From contig JAQGDQ010000163.1 in assembly GCA_030141605.1 (NCBI GenBank), forward strand, positions 372,001 to 436,000: DNA of 64,000 bases, given 5' to 3'. Below the pieces are notes generated by a model that did no database searches, was not told the origin of the DNA, and was given only the letters and a program-made list of their open reading frames with translations. A program made the translations under genes and the position numbers. Numbering within the stretch: the stretch's first letter is position 1; each line of letters starts with the position of its first letter. Positions 37,978 to 49,900 of the stretch are shown piece after piece. The stretch is from Tubiluchus corallicola. Its lineage: Eukaryota > Animalia > Priapulida.

Positions 37978-40117
37978 TCATCATCATCATCTCTGGAGTC
38001 ACACGTCATTCGACATGAAACTGCTGATCACTTTACTCCATGCTGCCTGTCACCTGCAACCTCCCATGTCTCTGCATTTTTGATATCTAATGGTGTGTTG
38101 ATAAGATCTTTTTGGATGAAATTGATATAAGTCAGCAGCTGTCCTCCTTGTGGTTTCTTTTCTTTCTGCAGTGCTTCTTTAAAAGCTAACTTTAATGGAC
38201 TGTCATCTGGTAGTCGTATAACACGTGCTATCCATCTTAATCTTCTCTTTTTGATTTTAATTGTCCATTCCTCTGCTTTGACTTTATTGTACAGATGCTG
38301 GTTTCATATTTTGTTTGCCCATTTTATTCCTAGAATGTTCCGGTAGTTTCTTCTTTGTAATGCATTAATTTCTGTTGTGCTCTAATTGTCCATAATTCTG
38401 AGTTACAGAGAAACACAGTTTCACAAGTGCAGCAAGGATTTTTAATTTTGTATCAAAACTGATCCTCTTACTTTCAAAATTTTTTGTTAATTTGGAATAT
38501 GCAGCCAGTACTAGGATTTTTCTTCTTGATATATCTTCATCTGTTGCTAGAAGACTGCCTAAGTACTTACATTTCCTCCACGCATCATCTCCATTCCTTT
38601 TTATGTGAAACTCTTCTGTTTTATCTTTATTTAGTATGAGATCCATTTCTTTTAATTGTTTCTATTTTGATTTTGACATCATCTATTTCATCTTTGATTC
38701 TTGCTATCCATGCAATATCATTAGCATATTGCAGGTCTATGGTTGTAGGGAATTTCGTTTTATTAGCTTAATTGTGTTCTAATTCTGTTCCGAATAGCAG
38801 CTTTTCTGGATCCAGATGTGTATAATTTTGGTCACAAAGTTCTTTTCTGGGTGTACTGTTCATGTCCATTAGTGCTATAGCTAGATAAAAAAGTGAAGAC
38901 TTAGGCAATCTCCTTCAGGTATTCCCTTATTCGTGGAAAATGAATCACTCAGTCTGCCTTCACATCTAACACTAATTACAAGATCTTTCAATAATATTGA
39001 TATCATATGAATTTCGTCAGGATTAAGTATTTCTTGTAAGTAGTGTAAGAGTGTCTTTCTTCAAACCGAGTCAAATGCTTTGGATATGCCCATGAATAAT
39101 ATGTATATGTAGGGTGCCGAGTAACCCACTAGCCGAAGTAGGACACTTCCGGCAAAACGCATGTACTAAATTTGCGGAAAAGCAGTGTCGTACATAGGCA
39201 GCCCAAGTAGGACACTAGCGATTTCTGTCGAGAATCGAGATTTATGACATACTAAAAACATAAAAGCAAATTTGTTTTAGAAAAAAGTAACTTTATTATA
39301 ATGATGGATAGTCCTTAACAATTTACAAGTGTATTTTTTGCAACAATATCATCATTACTATTAGCTCCATTAATATCATCATAACATTAAACTAAGTATC
39401 TGATACTTTAAAGAGAGAAACTATGTAGGGCACATAACTCGCTAGCCCGTTTACTTAGTAGAAAACAATTATTTGTCCAAAAGGGAGTGAAAGGGATCAC
39501 CTGTCTGTGAGCAAGACAAAATAAAAAATGATATACCTTAAACAAATGTTGGAATCGCCTAAAAAGTGCACTTATTTCACTTTAAAGAAGATTAATATTG
39601 GCAAATATTAATTCTTCTAGCTCAGTATAAAATTCTTTTATTTTATCATATGTATAATAAATTTTTAAACATATACTGACGTTTTTAACTATTATTATTC
39701 CATCAACAAGGACGACGGACGGTGTCAGTACGCTTAACAACTCAATTTGCCTGTTTCTAGAGTTCTACTTGAGCAGCCCATGTACGACGCGTCCTACTTG
39801 GGCTAGCCCATGTACGCCAATTGTCCTACTTCGGCTAGTGGGTTACTCGGCGTCCAACATATACTGGATAATCTGCCGAGAATATGGCCTTTTCTGCTAG
39901 TATCTTGCAAGTCTGAACAAGTTCTGTTGTATTTCTACCAGTACCAGGCTGGTAAGCTGCTTGACTTTTACTAGGAATACACTGTGTCATAGATTCTGTT
40001 GAGCATACATATCGCTAGAACCTTTCTTATGGTTAACAGCATCAGCGGTCTTAGATTTTCTATTGGTCCTCTCTTTTTTCCAGGTTATGGCAGAGGTAAA
40101 AAAATGCCATTTTGAAG
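37978..40117 (-). mobile_element. Decayed non-LTR retrotransposon copy A (RTE group, Proto2/RTEX-like), RT to 3' end
   Basis: Broken frames PGKKRGPIENLRPLMLL, SKAFDSV, WRKCKYLGSLL..EDISRRK. (GAT)n tail at 37978-37991. Interrupted by 39108-39859. Confidence 0.8.
39108..39859. mobile_element. Non-autonomous TIR element with TGT..ACA ends and 4-bp TSD (Ginger-like), copy 1
   Basis: 38-bp TIR (3 mismatches) TGTAGGGTGCCGAGTAACCCACTAGCCGAAGTAGGACA, TSD TATA. Removing the element plus one TSD restores the LINE RT frame (DYPVYILFMGISKAFDSV). Confidence 0.8.
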
Positions 40118-42905
40118 TCATCATCATCATCATCCAATGAATCACATGTCCAGTGACATGATTCTGCTCACCTCCCTATGCCAGGACTCCCTGCTCACCG
40201 CAATGCCCCAAGTACATTTATTTCTAAGGATCAATGCTGAAGTGTTTAAATCTTTCTGTGCAAAATCTAAATATGTTAACATTTGTCCTCCTGCAGGTTT
40301 TTTAGCTGGTTCTATGGCTGTTCTATTCTGTTCAGTTTCTCCTCTATTGATTTTTTTATTTCATCTACTTCTTCTTTGTTTCTTGTAATCCATGCCACAT
40401 CATCAGCATACTGCATAGATATAGTAGTTGACTTACTTTGTAGAGACCTGTAACTGTGTTCTTGCCTTACTTCATTCGGTATTAATTTAGGATCAAGAAT
40501 TGTATAGTTGTGATCTTCTAGGTCTTTCAATGGTATAACTTTGTCCTCAGTGAGAGCTATGGCAAGATATAAAGTAAAAAGTACAGGGCTTAGGCAGTCA
40601 CCCTGAGGTACTCCTTTGTTTGTAGAAAACGGCTGACTCAATTTTCCTTCACACCTGACTTGAATTAATAAATTTTCTAACATTATACTTGTTAGATATA
40701 GTTGATATACTGCTTGGCTTGTTGGAATGTAAGTGTATAACCTGTCATAGATCCTAGTCAACATAAAGATAGCCAAAATCTTCCTTAGTAGTGTAAGCAA
40801 CATCAATGGTCTAAGATTTTCTATAGGACCTCGTTTCTTACCTGGCTTGGGTAAAGGGATAAGTATTCCTTTTTGAATATCCAGCAGAAATGTGCCTGTT
40901 TTTGAAATACTGTTTAGAATTTCGGCGATTTCTGCATATAAATTATCTGATCCACACTTGACTAACTCAGCATTTAATTCATCAGCGCCCGGGCTTTTGT
41001 TGTTTTTCAATGATTTTGCTGCATACTTTACTTCTTCTTTAGTAAATGGAACTTTCATTGGATAGTGAGTCCTTTTAACCCCAACTGCATTTTTATCATT
41101 AAAACTTCGTTGAAAAAATTCTGCTATGGCTTCAGTTTGCTGTTCAGCATCAGTATGAACTTTCATTGGATAGTGAGTCCTTTTAACCCCAACTGCATTT
41201 TCATCATTAAAAACTCGTTCAAAAAAAATCTGCCATGGCTTCAGTTTGCTGTTCAGCATTAGTAATTAGACCATAATTTCCTTCTACAAGCAATTTTTTC
41301 TTTGGTTGAAATGTCTGCAAAGTCCATATTGTTTTAAAATGCCTAGAAGAATCATTTTTTGTTTGCTCAATTTCTTCTGCAATACCAGTCATCTTTTTTT
41401 CTTCTATTTGTTTTAGTTTTTCATGAATTTGCTTTAGAATTTCCTTGCGTTCCTTCTTAAGACCATCAATTTCTGCTAAATTTTACATTGGTGTATTTTA
41501 TCTTTCAAAATTTTCTGATTCGCAGACAAAGCTTCTATCTCATCATCTTTAACCGTTTTAACTTTTATCATTAAATCTCCAAGTATTTCTGCTGCCGAAT
41601 TTTTTATGTGCATTTTTGAGTTTTTCCCATTGCAAATTTGTGTTTTCAGATGTCTCACCAGGTGAAGATTTAGTAATGTTCTGCTCTAACTTTAAATTGT
41701 ATTTTTCTCTATAATCTCTGGCAACATCTAAGTATTTTGTTCTTTTTCTGTAGCATCTTTACCCATTTGACTGAAACCTTAGTCATAACCAAAGAGTGGT
41801 CGGTATCTATGTTTAAACCAGCGTACGACCTGGAATTTCTTATTAGTGGCATATGCATTTTCCTTACCATAACAAAATCTATTTGATTCCTTATAGGATT
41901 TCTCCTGGGTTCACCATTCAAAGGTCTGCTGTTGGGAGCCGTTTGGACCACTGCGCCAAGTAGACCAATTGGTCTACTTGGGCTAGCCCAAGTAGACCGC
42001 GGTCTACTTGGGCTAGCCCAAGTAGGACACTAGAGACAGGTCGTGAATTCAGTCGTTAAGTGTACTGACACCGTCCGTTGTGCTTGTTTATGTAATAATA
42101 ATAATTAAAAACGTTAATACACGTTGAATAATTTATTATACATCTAATAAAATAAAAGAATTTTATTCTGAGCTGGTAGAAGGGACAATATTAAATTTGG
42201 TTTCGATATTAATGTTGTTGAAGTGAAAAAACCCCACTTTTTTGCGAATTCAACATTTGTTTAAGGTATATCATTTTTGATTTTGTCTCACTTCACAAAC
42301 AGGTGATCCGTTTCACTACCTCTTGGGCAAATAATTGTTTTCTTATAAGTAAATGTTCTAGCGATCTATGTGTCCTACATGGGCTAGCGAGCCATGTAGG
42401 ACAGTGCCCTACATGTTACAATACTACTGATAATATTAAAACTAATTATCCTTGCTTTTCTTAAATGTCAAAAATTACTTTTTGGTGTTGTGAAGGCTTA
42501 GCAGCATCTGTCTCATTTTTAAATTTGCAATTATTTCTGTAATAACTGTGTGCAGAATTTCTCTCTTTAAAGCATTAGATACTAGTTTTAATGTTATGAT
42601 ATATTAATGAAGTTAATCATAATGATGAAATTATTGTAAGAAATGCATTTGTAAATTGCCAAGGAATATCCATTTCTAAAAGAAATTTTGTTTTATGCTT
42701 TATTATGTCATAACAATACTTATAAACAATGGTAATATAAACTGGAAACAAGTTTTGCCAGAGCAAGTTTCTCGACAAAAATCGCTAGTGTCCTACTTGG
42801 GCTGCCCATGTAGGACACTACTTTTAGCGCATCAAGTGGTCTACTTGGCGCAGTGGTCCAAACGGCTCCCAACACTGCTTTTGATTCAAAATTTCGCTGT
42901 CCAGC
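40118..42905 (-). mobile_element. Decayed non-LTR retrotransposon copy B (same family), end of APE domain through RT to 3' end, with deletions
   Basis: RRNPIRNQIDFVMV..SRSYAG..DTDHSLV (APE end); KSPGADEL, NLRPLMLL, GVPQGDCLSPVLF, QYADD (RT). Own (GAT)n tail at 40118. 108-bp internal tandem duplication at 41049-41264. Interrupted by 41930-42874. Confidence 0.85.
41930..42874. mobile_element. Non-autonomous TIR element with TGT..ACA ends and 4-bp TSD (Ginger-like), copy 2
   Basis: Perfect 38-bp TIR TGTTGGGAGCCGTTTGGACCACTGCGCCAAGTAGACCA, TSD CTGC. Interior is homologous to 39108-39859 in the opposite orientation. Confidence 0.85.
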
Positions 42906-45827
42906 AATCAGGGACACTTTTTGCACATTTTGCACAATTAGGGACACAGTTTTTCAATTTTTCTGCTGAACCAGAGACAAGTCTCTGACAACCTGACGTG
43001 TGAGACCGGGACCATGGATAAAAATATTACTAACGTACCTAGCACGTATAATATAAATTTCTATGCCGGAGACCCTGGCCCATACAGAACAGCATTTACT
43101 ATCAAGTTTAAAGTCTAAAAGCTTAGTCTAAAATTATAATAATTATGAGCTATAATTTTATAATATTACTGTAACAGATTGCACAGTACAAATTGCTATT
43201 ATTATTGTTATTATTACTATTATTATTTTATTACCAATGCTGTTACTATCATCATTATTTTTATTCCAATTTTGCTACTGGTGAAAACTATTATTCGAAC
43301 GAGTTTTTAAATTTGATTTAGATTAAAGATTTCGAAATTTGGTTTTTTGAAATTTATATTTGATTCGATTTCACTTTCTGGTTGAAAATGCTCACACCTA
43401 ATTTTTTGCTATTGTTGTTGTCATAGTCATCGCGTCATTGTAGATTATTGTATCCTTATTATTAACAAAAGCTAATTGAGACTAAAAATAAAAGGCACAT
43501 TAGCCAACTGTATAGAACAGGGTTAAGATCCAGTAAAATATTGTGACAAATAAACCTGGCTTGATTACACCTAAGTTTCCCATTGCTCTAAACAGTAAAT
43601 ACATAATAAATCAATACAAGTAACTAGTGAAGAAGTCATTAACAATGCAACCCCTCTACATTATATGCACGTACTAGCTTTGAGAGTAGCATGGAAACCT
43701 TATAAAAATTAAGAGCACATATGGATTGCAAATTAGTTATCTTTGTACTGTGGCATTATGATAATGTTTACGTTTGTGGTTAGATATTTTTTACGATTCA
43801 ATGGATCAACGATTGCTACAGTAAACCATAATCAACGTACTAGTACTGCTTGGCTGCTAATAAAACCTTTCTTTGCATCACATTGGTTTTCCTTTGAATT
43901 AGAAAAAACTTTGCTTCATAGGATGTTGCTGACAACAGCAATGAGAAACTGGCACAAACTCATGTGAGAAATGGTCTCGGTCTTGTGGCATTGGAGTAGG
44001 ATGTTGGCTTCATGCTTGGTGAGTTGGAAGGTGTGCTAGTCCAAGTCCAAGTCCAAGTAAACATTGTCATTATATGAACCAGATCTGGATTTTCATGACT
44101 CATGCTGGCAATGCTAGCATAAAATTAGACAATAACTGGGCCAGTGAAGGCATGCTTATAGTTATAATAAGGTTGTCATTGCTGGCCCAATATTTGCGTA
44201 ATTGCAGCAGTTCTCTATAGGAATAAAAACCTGGGCAAATGTGGGCAGTTCACCATTAAGCCAGAATGCATTAACAAGAACTGCGTCATAAGCAGTTTTG
44301 TCATCACAAAATAATTTAAACAGCATATGCCTATAGTGTTCATAAACACAATATCAAAGCAGGCACGTCATGTCAATAGAACCAATATTGAATAACATTA
44401 CAGTGAGTTACTAAGAATTGCTAATATTATTATGTTGAAAAAATAATTGAGTTCAGGTATTTATATTTCCACCGCCTTTGATTCACAACTTCGATATCAT
44501 CATGTCAAACTACAATAAAGTACTGGCTTGATGTTAGACTGTTTTAAAATTTTACAAAGACTAAAATTAAAATGTTCGTACATTAATATTTAAAAAAGCC
44601 AAATTTGTTTCTGTCTAAATTACACAGATAAACATTATGCAGTAATATTATCATTAATTAAATTTTAGTGCTTGTGTGATATATTATTCAAATATTTATC
44701 ATCATCACCATTATCGTCATCGCTGTCGTTGTCAGTGTACCATGGTCATACATCATCATCATCACACATCATTAGAATTATCATTATTATAATTGTTAGC
44801 ATATCCACATGAATGTAGCGTTCACACACTGCTGAATGTGCTGGTGACAGTTACTGCACCTTGAGATAGCTGAGCACTGTGGCAGCCTTGCAACTTTATT
44901 TTAAGGATTTAAGATTTGAACTATCTTTTCTCATCACTGTTAAAATTTAGAACAAACACGTTACATTAATTCATTTTTATATGTTTCAAGATACGATTTG
45001 TAAGCCAGGGCACAACTTTTCAACAGCAGAACATCTATGGTGTGAGATATTTATGGTGAGATAGGAGTTTAACGCATTATTAAGAATATTGATCTAATGT
45101 GAGAAACTGAACTGACATATTACTATTGTTGAGATGTTCATAAATGCACTCGATCAACGTGGTCTATTTTAATTAACAGTTAAAATCTGTTCCTGCAGTG
45201 AATGAAGGCGTCCAGAATAAGTAAATCAGTCCCAACATAACCAAAGAATATGTCTGAGACCAAACCACTTGGCAAATGGCCTATAAGCACGTACACCTCA
45301 AATTGATAACTGCGGCCTTGGCCATTAAGCACATGCACCTTAAATTGATAACTGGTGTGCCAGAAAAACGAAAGTTTGTTAATATAATTTGACTGTCCTG
45401 GTCTTCTGTGCCTGCAAATACTTTCTTCTTTAAGGCTATAAGCCCTATAATTAATAGGATATGCACATGTTTGTGCTTCTATTATTAAATTTTAATCATT
45501 ATCATTGAATCTATGAAGATTTATAATTAGATCTATCTGTAAGCAGTTTATATAATCAAATCTTTTCGAATTTGTGGCCATTTGGGCCTTCTTGATCTTT
45601 TGAGCTGGACATTCTCATTAGGCTTTTATTTGTAACGAATAAATGAAAACCTATATTAAGGATCCACGGTTATGACGCTCTTTTGTTTACAAATCATTCG
45701 CTAGATGACGCACAAAAAAGCTGGTTGAACGAGGTGGATTTTCGATGCAATGAGTATTTTTCACAAAATTCACGTGTGTAAAAAGTTGTGTGAAATTTAC
45801 TGAAGAAATTCAAAACTAATTTTCACA

Positions 45828-46919
45828 ATGGTCAAACAGTTTTTTAGTAAGTTTCTTAGTGCTTCAGGTGTAGAAGATTTAACAAGTATTATAGGTTTTG
45901 CTTTTTGGCTCGGGAAATTCTACTTGAATTTAATTTAGTTTAGTTGAATTTAAGTTAGTTAAGAATTATCATAATTAGGCCTATTATTATTAATATTATT
46001 ATTAGTATTATAGTATTCAATTAATATTACTTGGAAAAAGCATTGGCGTTATACTTTGATACCATATTCATACTCAGTAATTGCTTAAGGTGTGTTATGA
46101 AATACGTGCTCTGTATCATATGAATATGAAAGCATACGTATTTTTTGAAGCGCTTAGGAATTTTTTAACACCGGGCTCCTAAAATCTGGCGCGTTAAGCT
46201 ACAGCCTAGTTAACTTGTTGGTAGATATACTTCTGGACAAGTTCTGACTGCAGTCTTTGTGATAAAAAAATCATCACAGTTGATATCTGTGAATCAGGGG
46301 ACTCTTGAATTTAATTTATAGGCTTATGTTGAAATCTGACTTCAGTCTCGGCATTTTCATGTTTTCACCCATTCATTCGTTTTCAAATTTGTTGACAAAA
46401 ACAGAATAACAATTTAGTAAGCCAGACAATATTATCTCATATAATAATAATTTTAATGAGGTATTTGCGACTATTCATGAGGAATAGTGTCCGACTATTG
46501 GCTGGCTTCTCCGGCCCACTAACCTGTGCATTTCAATGATTTTGGCAGTCTTAACTAAAAGAAGAGCTTAAAATTTGTCTAATTCAAACAATAATATTCC
46601 TATGAGTACAATGATGTAGATATAAGCAGGTACTGATTCTGGTTTATTCAAACGATGTTGTAATTGGCATTGCTATGGAAGTGCAATATTTGTATATAAA
46701 GTTTTGTCGGTTTTTCAGAAAAGAAGAGCAAACGCCAGAGTTGCAAAATGAAATACAAAATTGAGAAGAAAGTGAAGGAACACCGGAGAAAATCCAGAAA
46801 GGAAAAAAAGAAAAATCCTAAAAGAAGTAAGTGCCATAAATATCAGTCATTCCAAGATTAGGAACCTGTTGGCTTGTTTTTGGAAATCCAGGATGTAGGT
46901 AGTTGACTGATCTTAGTGA

Positions 46920-46953
<34 letters not shown>

Positions 46954-49900
46954 CACATTCAGTTACAATATAATGACATTAAGCACACAGTGACATCAAA
47001 ATTATTACATCATACTGTATTAAATTCTTATGTTTCATACACTATCGTTATCATAAAAAAGAATGATTGTACTGCAGTGGGCTAGAGAAGCAAAGGCTTG
47101 TATGAGCCCACTGTCATGTGAACCCGATAAAAAAAGAATAGATGAGTGAACAAAAAAAGAACCGGGAGAAAGGTTAGATCACACTGGAAGGGTAGAAGGA
47201 TGTGTTAGTGGAAATGGTAGGAAGAAAGATAATAGATTGCATTATGTTGACATCAGCTCTAAAGATTTATCAATGATGCCTTGTTTTGCATAATCTGTAC
47301 TGCATAATCTGATATTTTTGTAGACCTTGTTTTTTTATGTTGAAATTGCTTACAATATGAAATTTGTAGAAAGCAAGAAAGATCCCGGAGTACCAAACAG
47401 TGCGCCGTTTAAAGCAGAAGTTGTGAAAGAAGCAGAAAGACGTAAAATGCAGGTAAAACGAGAACTTTATTATAAATCGACAGATAATCGTGGTAAGTCA
47501 AGTAATTAGAGCCAAATTAGATGAGTGAAATGATTGTGATTGTTAAGTTTGTCCTGTGTTTATGAATTATGCCTAATTATTCTGTTGTTATTATCAATTG
47601 TTTATACTTGAGATTTGTTGTGGATTATTTGTGGCTGTTATATGTTGTTGGTGAATTTCTCTGTTTATTACAAAGTCAGGAAAAATTTATATTTAAGGAA
47701 ATGAATCAGAAGAGTTTACAAGTTGGCAAATAGTTTCATTTTAATGTGAAGCTGGGTTAAGCTCTGTTCAGCAAAAACTGTAATGCAGTGCTACTTGCTT
47801 ACTAATCATTAAATATAGTTACGTTTATTACTAAATTAACTAATGCATCTAAACAAAGCTTTTTCCATTACCATTTGGTGCTTTTGCATCTAAGGATTAT
47901 CTTTCGGACAGCTCCTTGGCTAAATCTGGTTAAAAATAAGAACGTATTTGTACTGGCTTTGTGATAAAAATAAGGCGAACCAAAACTGTGTGACAGCAGA
48001 TAAACTGAGACCAAACAACAAAGGCAATTTTTTTGGGTATGGTTTATTTTTTCAGAAAGAGGAGGAACGGAAACGGAAGAAAGAGCAGCAGAAATTAGCC
48101 CGTCAAAAAGAGCAAGATAAAAAGAGAAACTTACACTGTTTAAAAGCCGATGCTGTAGAGCGAGAGAAAGAATTTGAAAAAAAGGTACATGTGTCTGAGA
48201 TGCGTTTTAAAAAATAATTAACTCAAAAAATCTTTCTGTGTTGTAAATATAGCAGGTTGTAGTGAGACTCAGTAAGGGGTGGAGTCGAGGCCATCATGAT
48301 CATCGTCAATTGAGGTCCTCATCCTCGGACTGACGAAGTTCCAGGTGGTTTACAAGATTTACTAGGTAAAGAGCACATAATGTGCTAAATTGTATGTAGT
48401 GCCCCTGTCAATCATATACTAAATGAAATACTTGCTCTTTATCTCCTTTAGTGCAAAAAGTGGCACTTATAATAAATAACAGTGTTTTCAACGAAGCATT
48501 TTTTACTATATCATGATTGTTGCAGGTGAGTGTTAAAATTAGAAAGTTATTTACAATTTATTCAATTTTTACATGCAATGCTTAATGTTGGAGTATTAGG
48601 TGGAGAAGCAGCATTTAGTCTATAGCTAAAAAGCTAAAATGCACCATGCTTATTTTCATGCTAAGTAGAAAACTCTGAATTTTTTAAGCTTATTTTTTCC
48701 TTCATAGCATGCTGCAGATTGTGTCATGCACTAGGAATGTAACGATCCTTCTATGCATCGTGATACCTTTTGTAACGATACACGTATCATCAAAATGCAT
48801 CAGTATCGCGATAATGTGAATCATTGATATTTAGCACAAGCTAGATTCTCCGCTGATAAAATGCTGTAGCTTGACCTTGACACAGCCAGACCTGCTGCTA
48901 GCAGCCAGCCAAAGCAAAACAGTTGAAAGTGCAATGTGTTTATAATAATGTATAGTAGGGTAATTACGTTTTGCTTATTATGAGTTTCTGAAGTGGCTTG
49001 CAGCAAATGTGAACTAGAAAATGCACGAGCATATTTTAAATCAAAAAGTATTGAAATGTTTTGCGCTTTTGATGGCTTACAATGCAGATAATGCAAGAAT
49101 ATAAACAGAAATCAAACAGTTTGCTAAAGCACTTCACAATTTTAAAATTATTTAACAAATTTAATATATACATATAATATATCAACAGCTTAATCAAGCA
49201 TTTTTTATTAAAGCCTGCAAATATTAAATCAATGTGTATCGCGATATGTACCATGTCATGACTTAGGTGTATCGTTACAGCCCTATTATGCGCATTATAC
49301 AAAGTACATGTTGCACTACAGCGAAAGATAGACGTCATATAGATTACATTTCGGTTATTTTAGCAACAAACGTCTGCTGGTGGTGATGCCACACGACGAT
49401 TGACTAAAGACAATTCCGTACGGGCATTCTACCGCGAGTTCCGTAAGGTCATCGAAATGGCGGATGTAGTCCTAGAGGTGCTTGATGCACGAGATCCAAC
49501 CGGGAGTCGGTGTTACGATGTTGAGCAGGCAGTGCTCTCGGCAGGCACTGGGAAGAAGTTAGTCTTGGTACTGAATAAAGTTGGTAAGAATCTTAAAGTA
49601 AAATAAAAACAACAAAATATTCTACGAGCGTGTTGCACATGTTTGCAGAAGCGATAATTGAAGATCAGTGCTGCAGTGTGTTGTAATAAAACTAGGCAAG
49701 TTTAGTGATAAGAATTCCAATTCCAATTTCGAATTTACGCTGTACTACGCATGAACTGTCGAATGTGTGCAGTTTGTCACAAACTAACACATCTGAACTG
49801 AGAGATACAACACCTGTTTATGTGCAATGCATTTCCGAAATGCAGCTACTGCCATCTAACAAGCAAATTGTGAAATGCCTATAACAGCGAAGAACTAGAG

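Noticed and set aside
263-41259. Diversity-generating retroelement (variable C-type lectin plus a reverse transcriptase in one window)
   Set aside because: The RT is a decayed APE-type LINE ~17 kb or more away. Lectin differences include C/G and G/T changes rather than adenine-specific ones, and both copies are intron-flanked exons of a segmental duplication, not a template/variable repeat pair.
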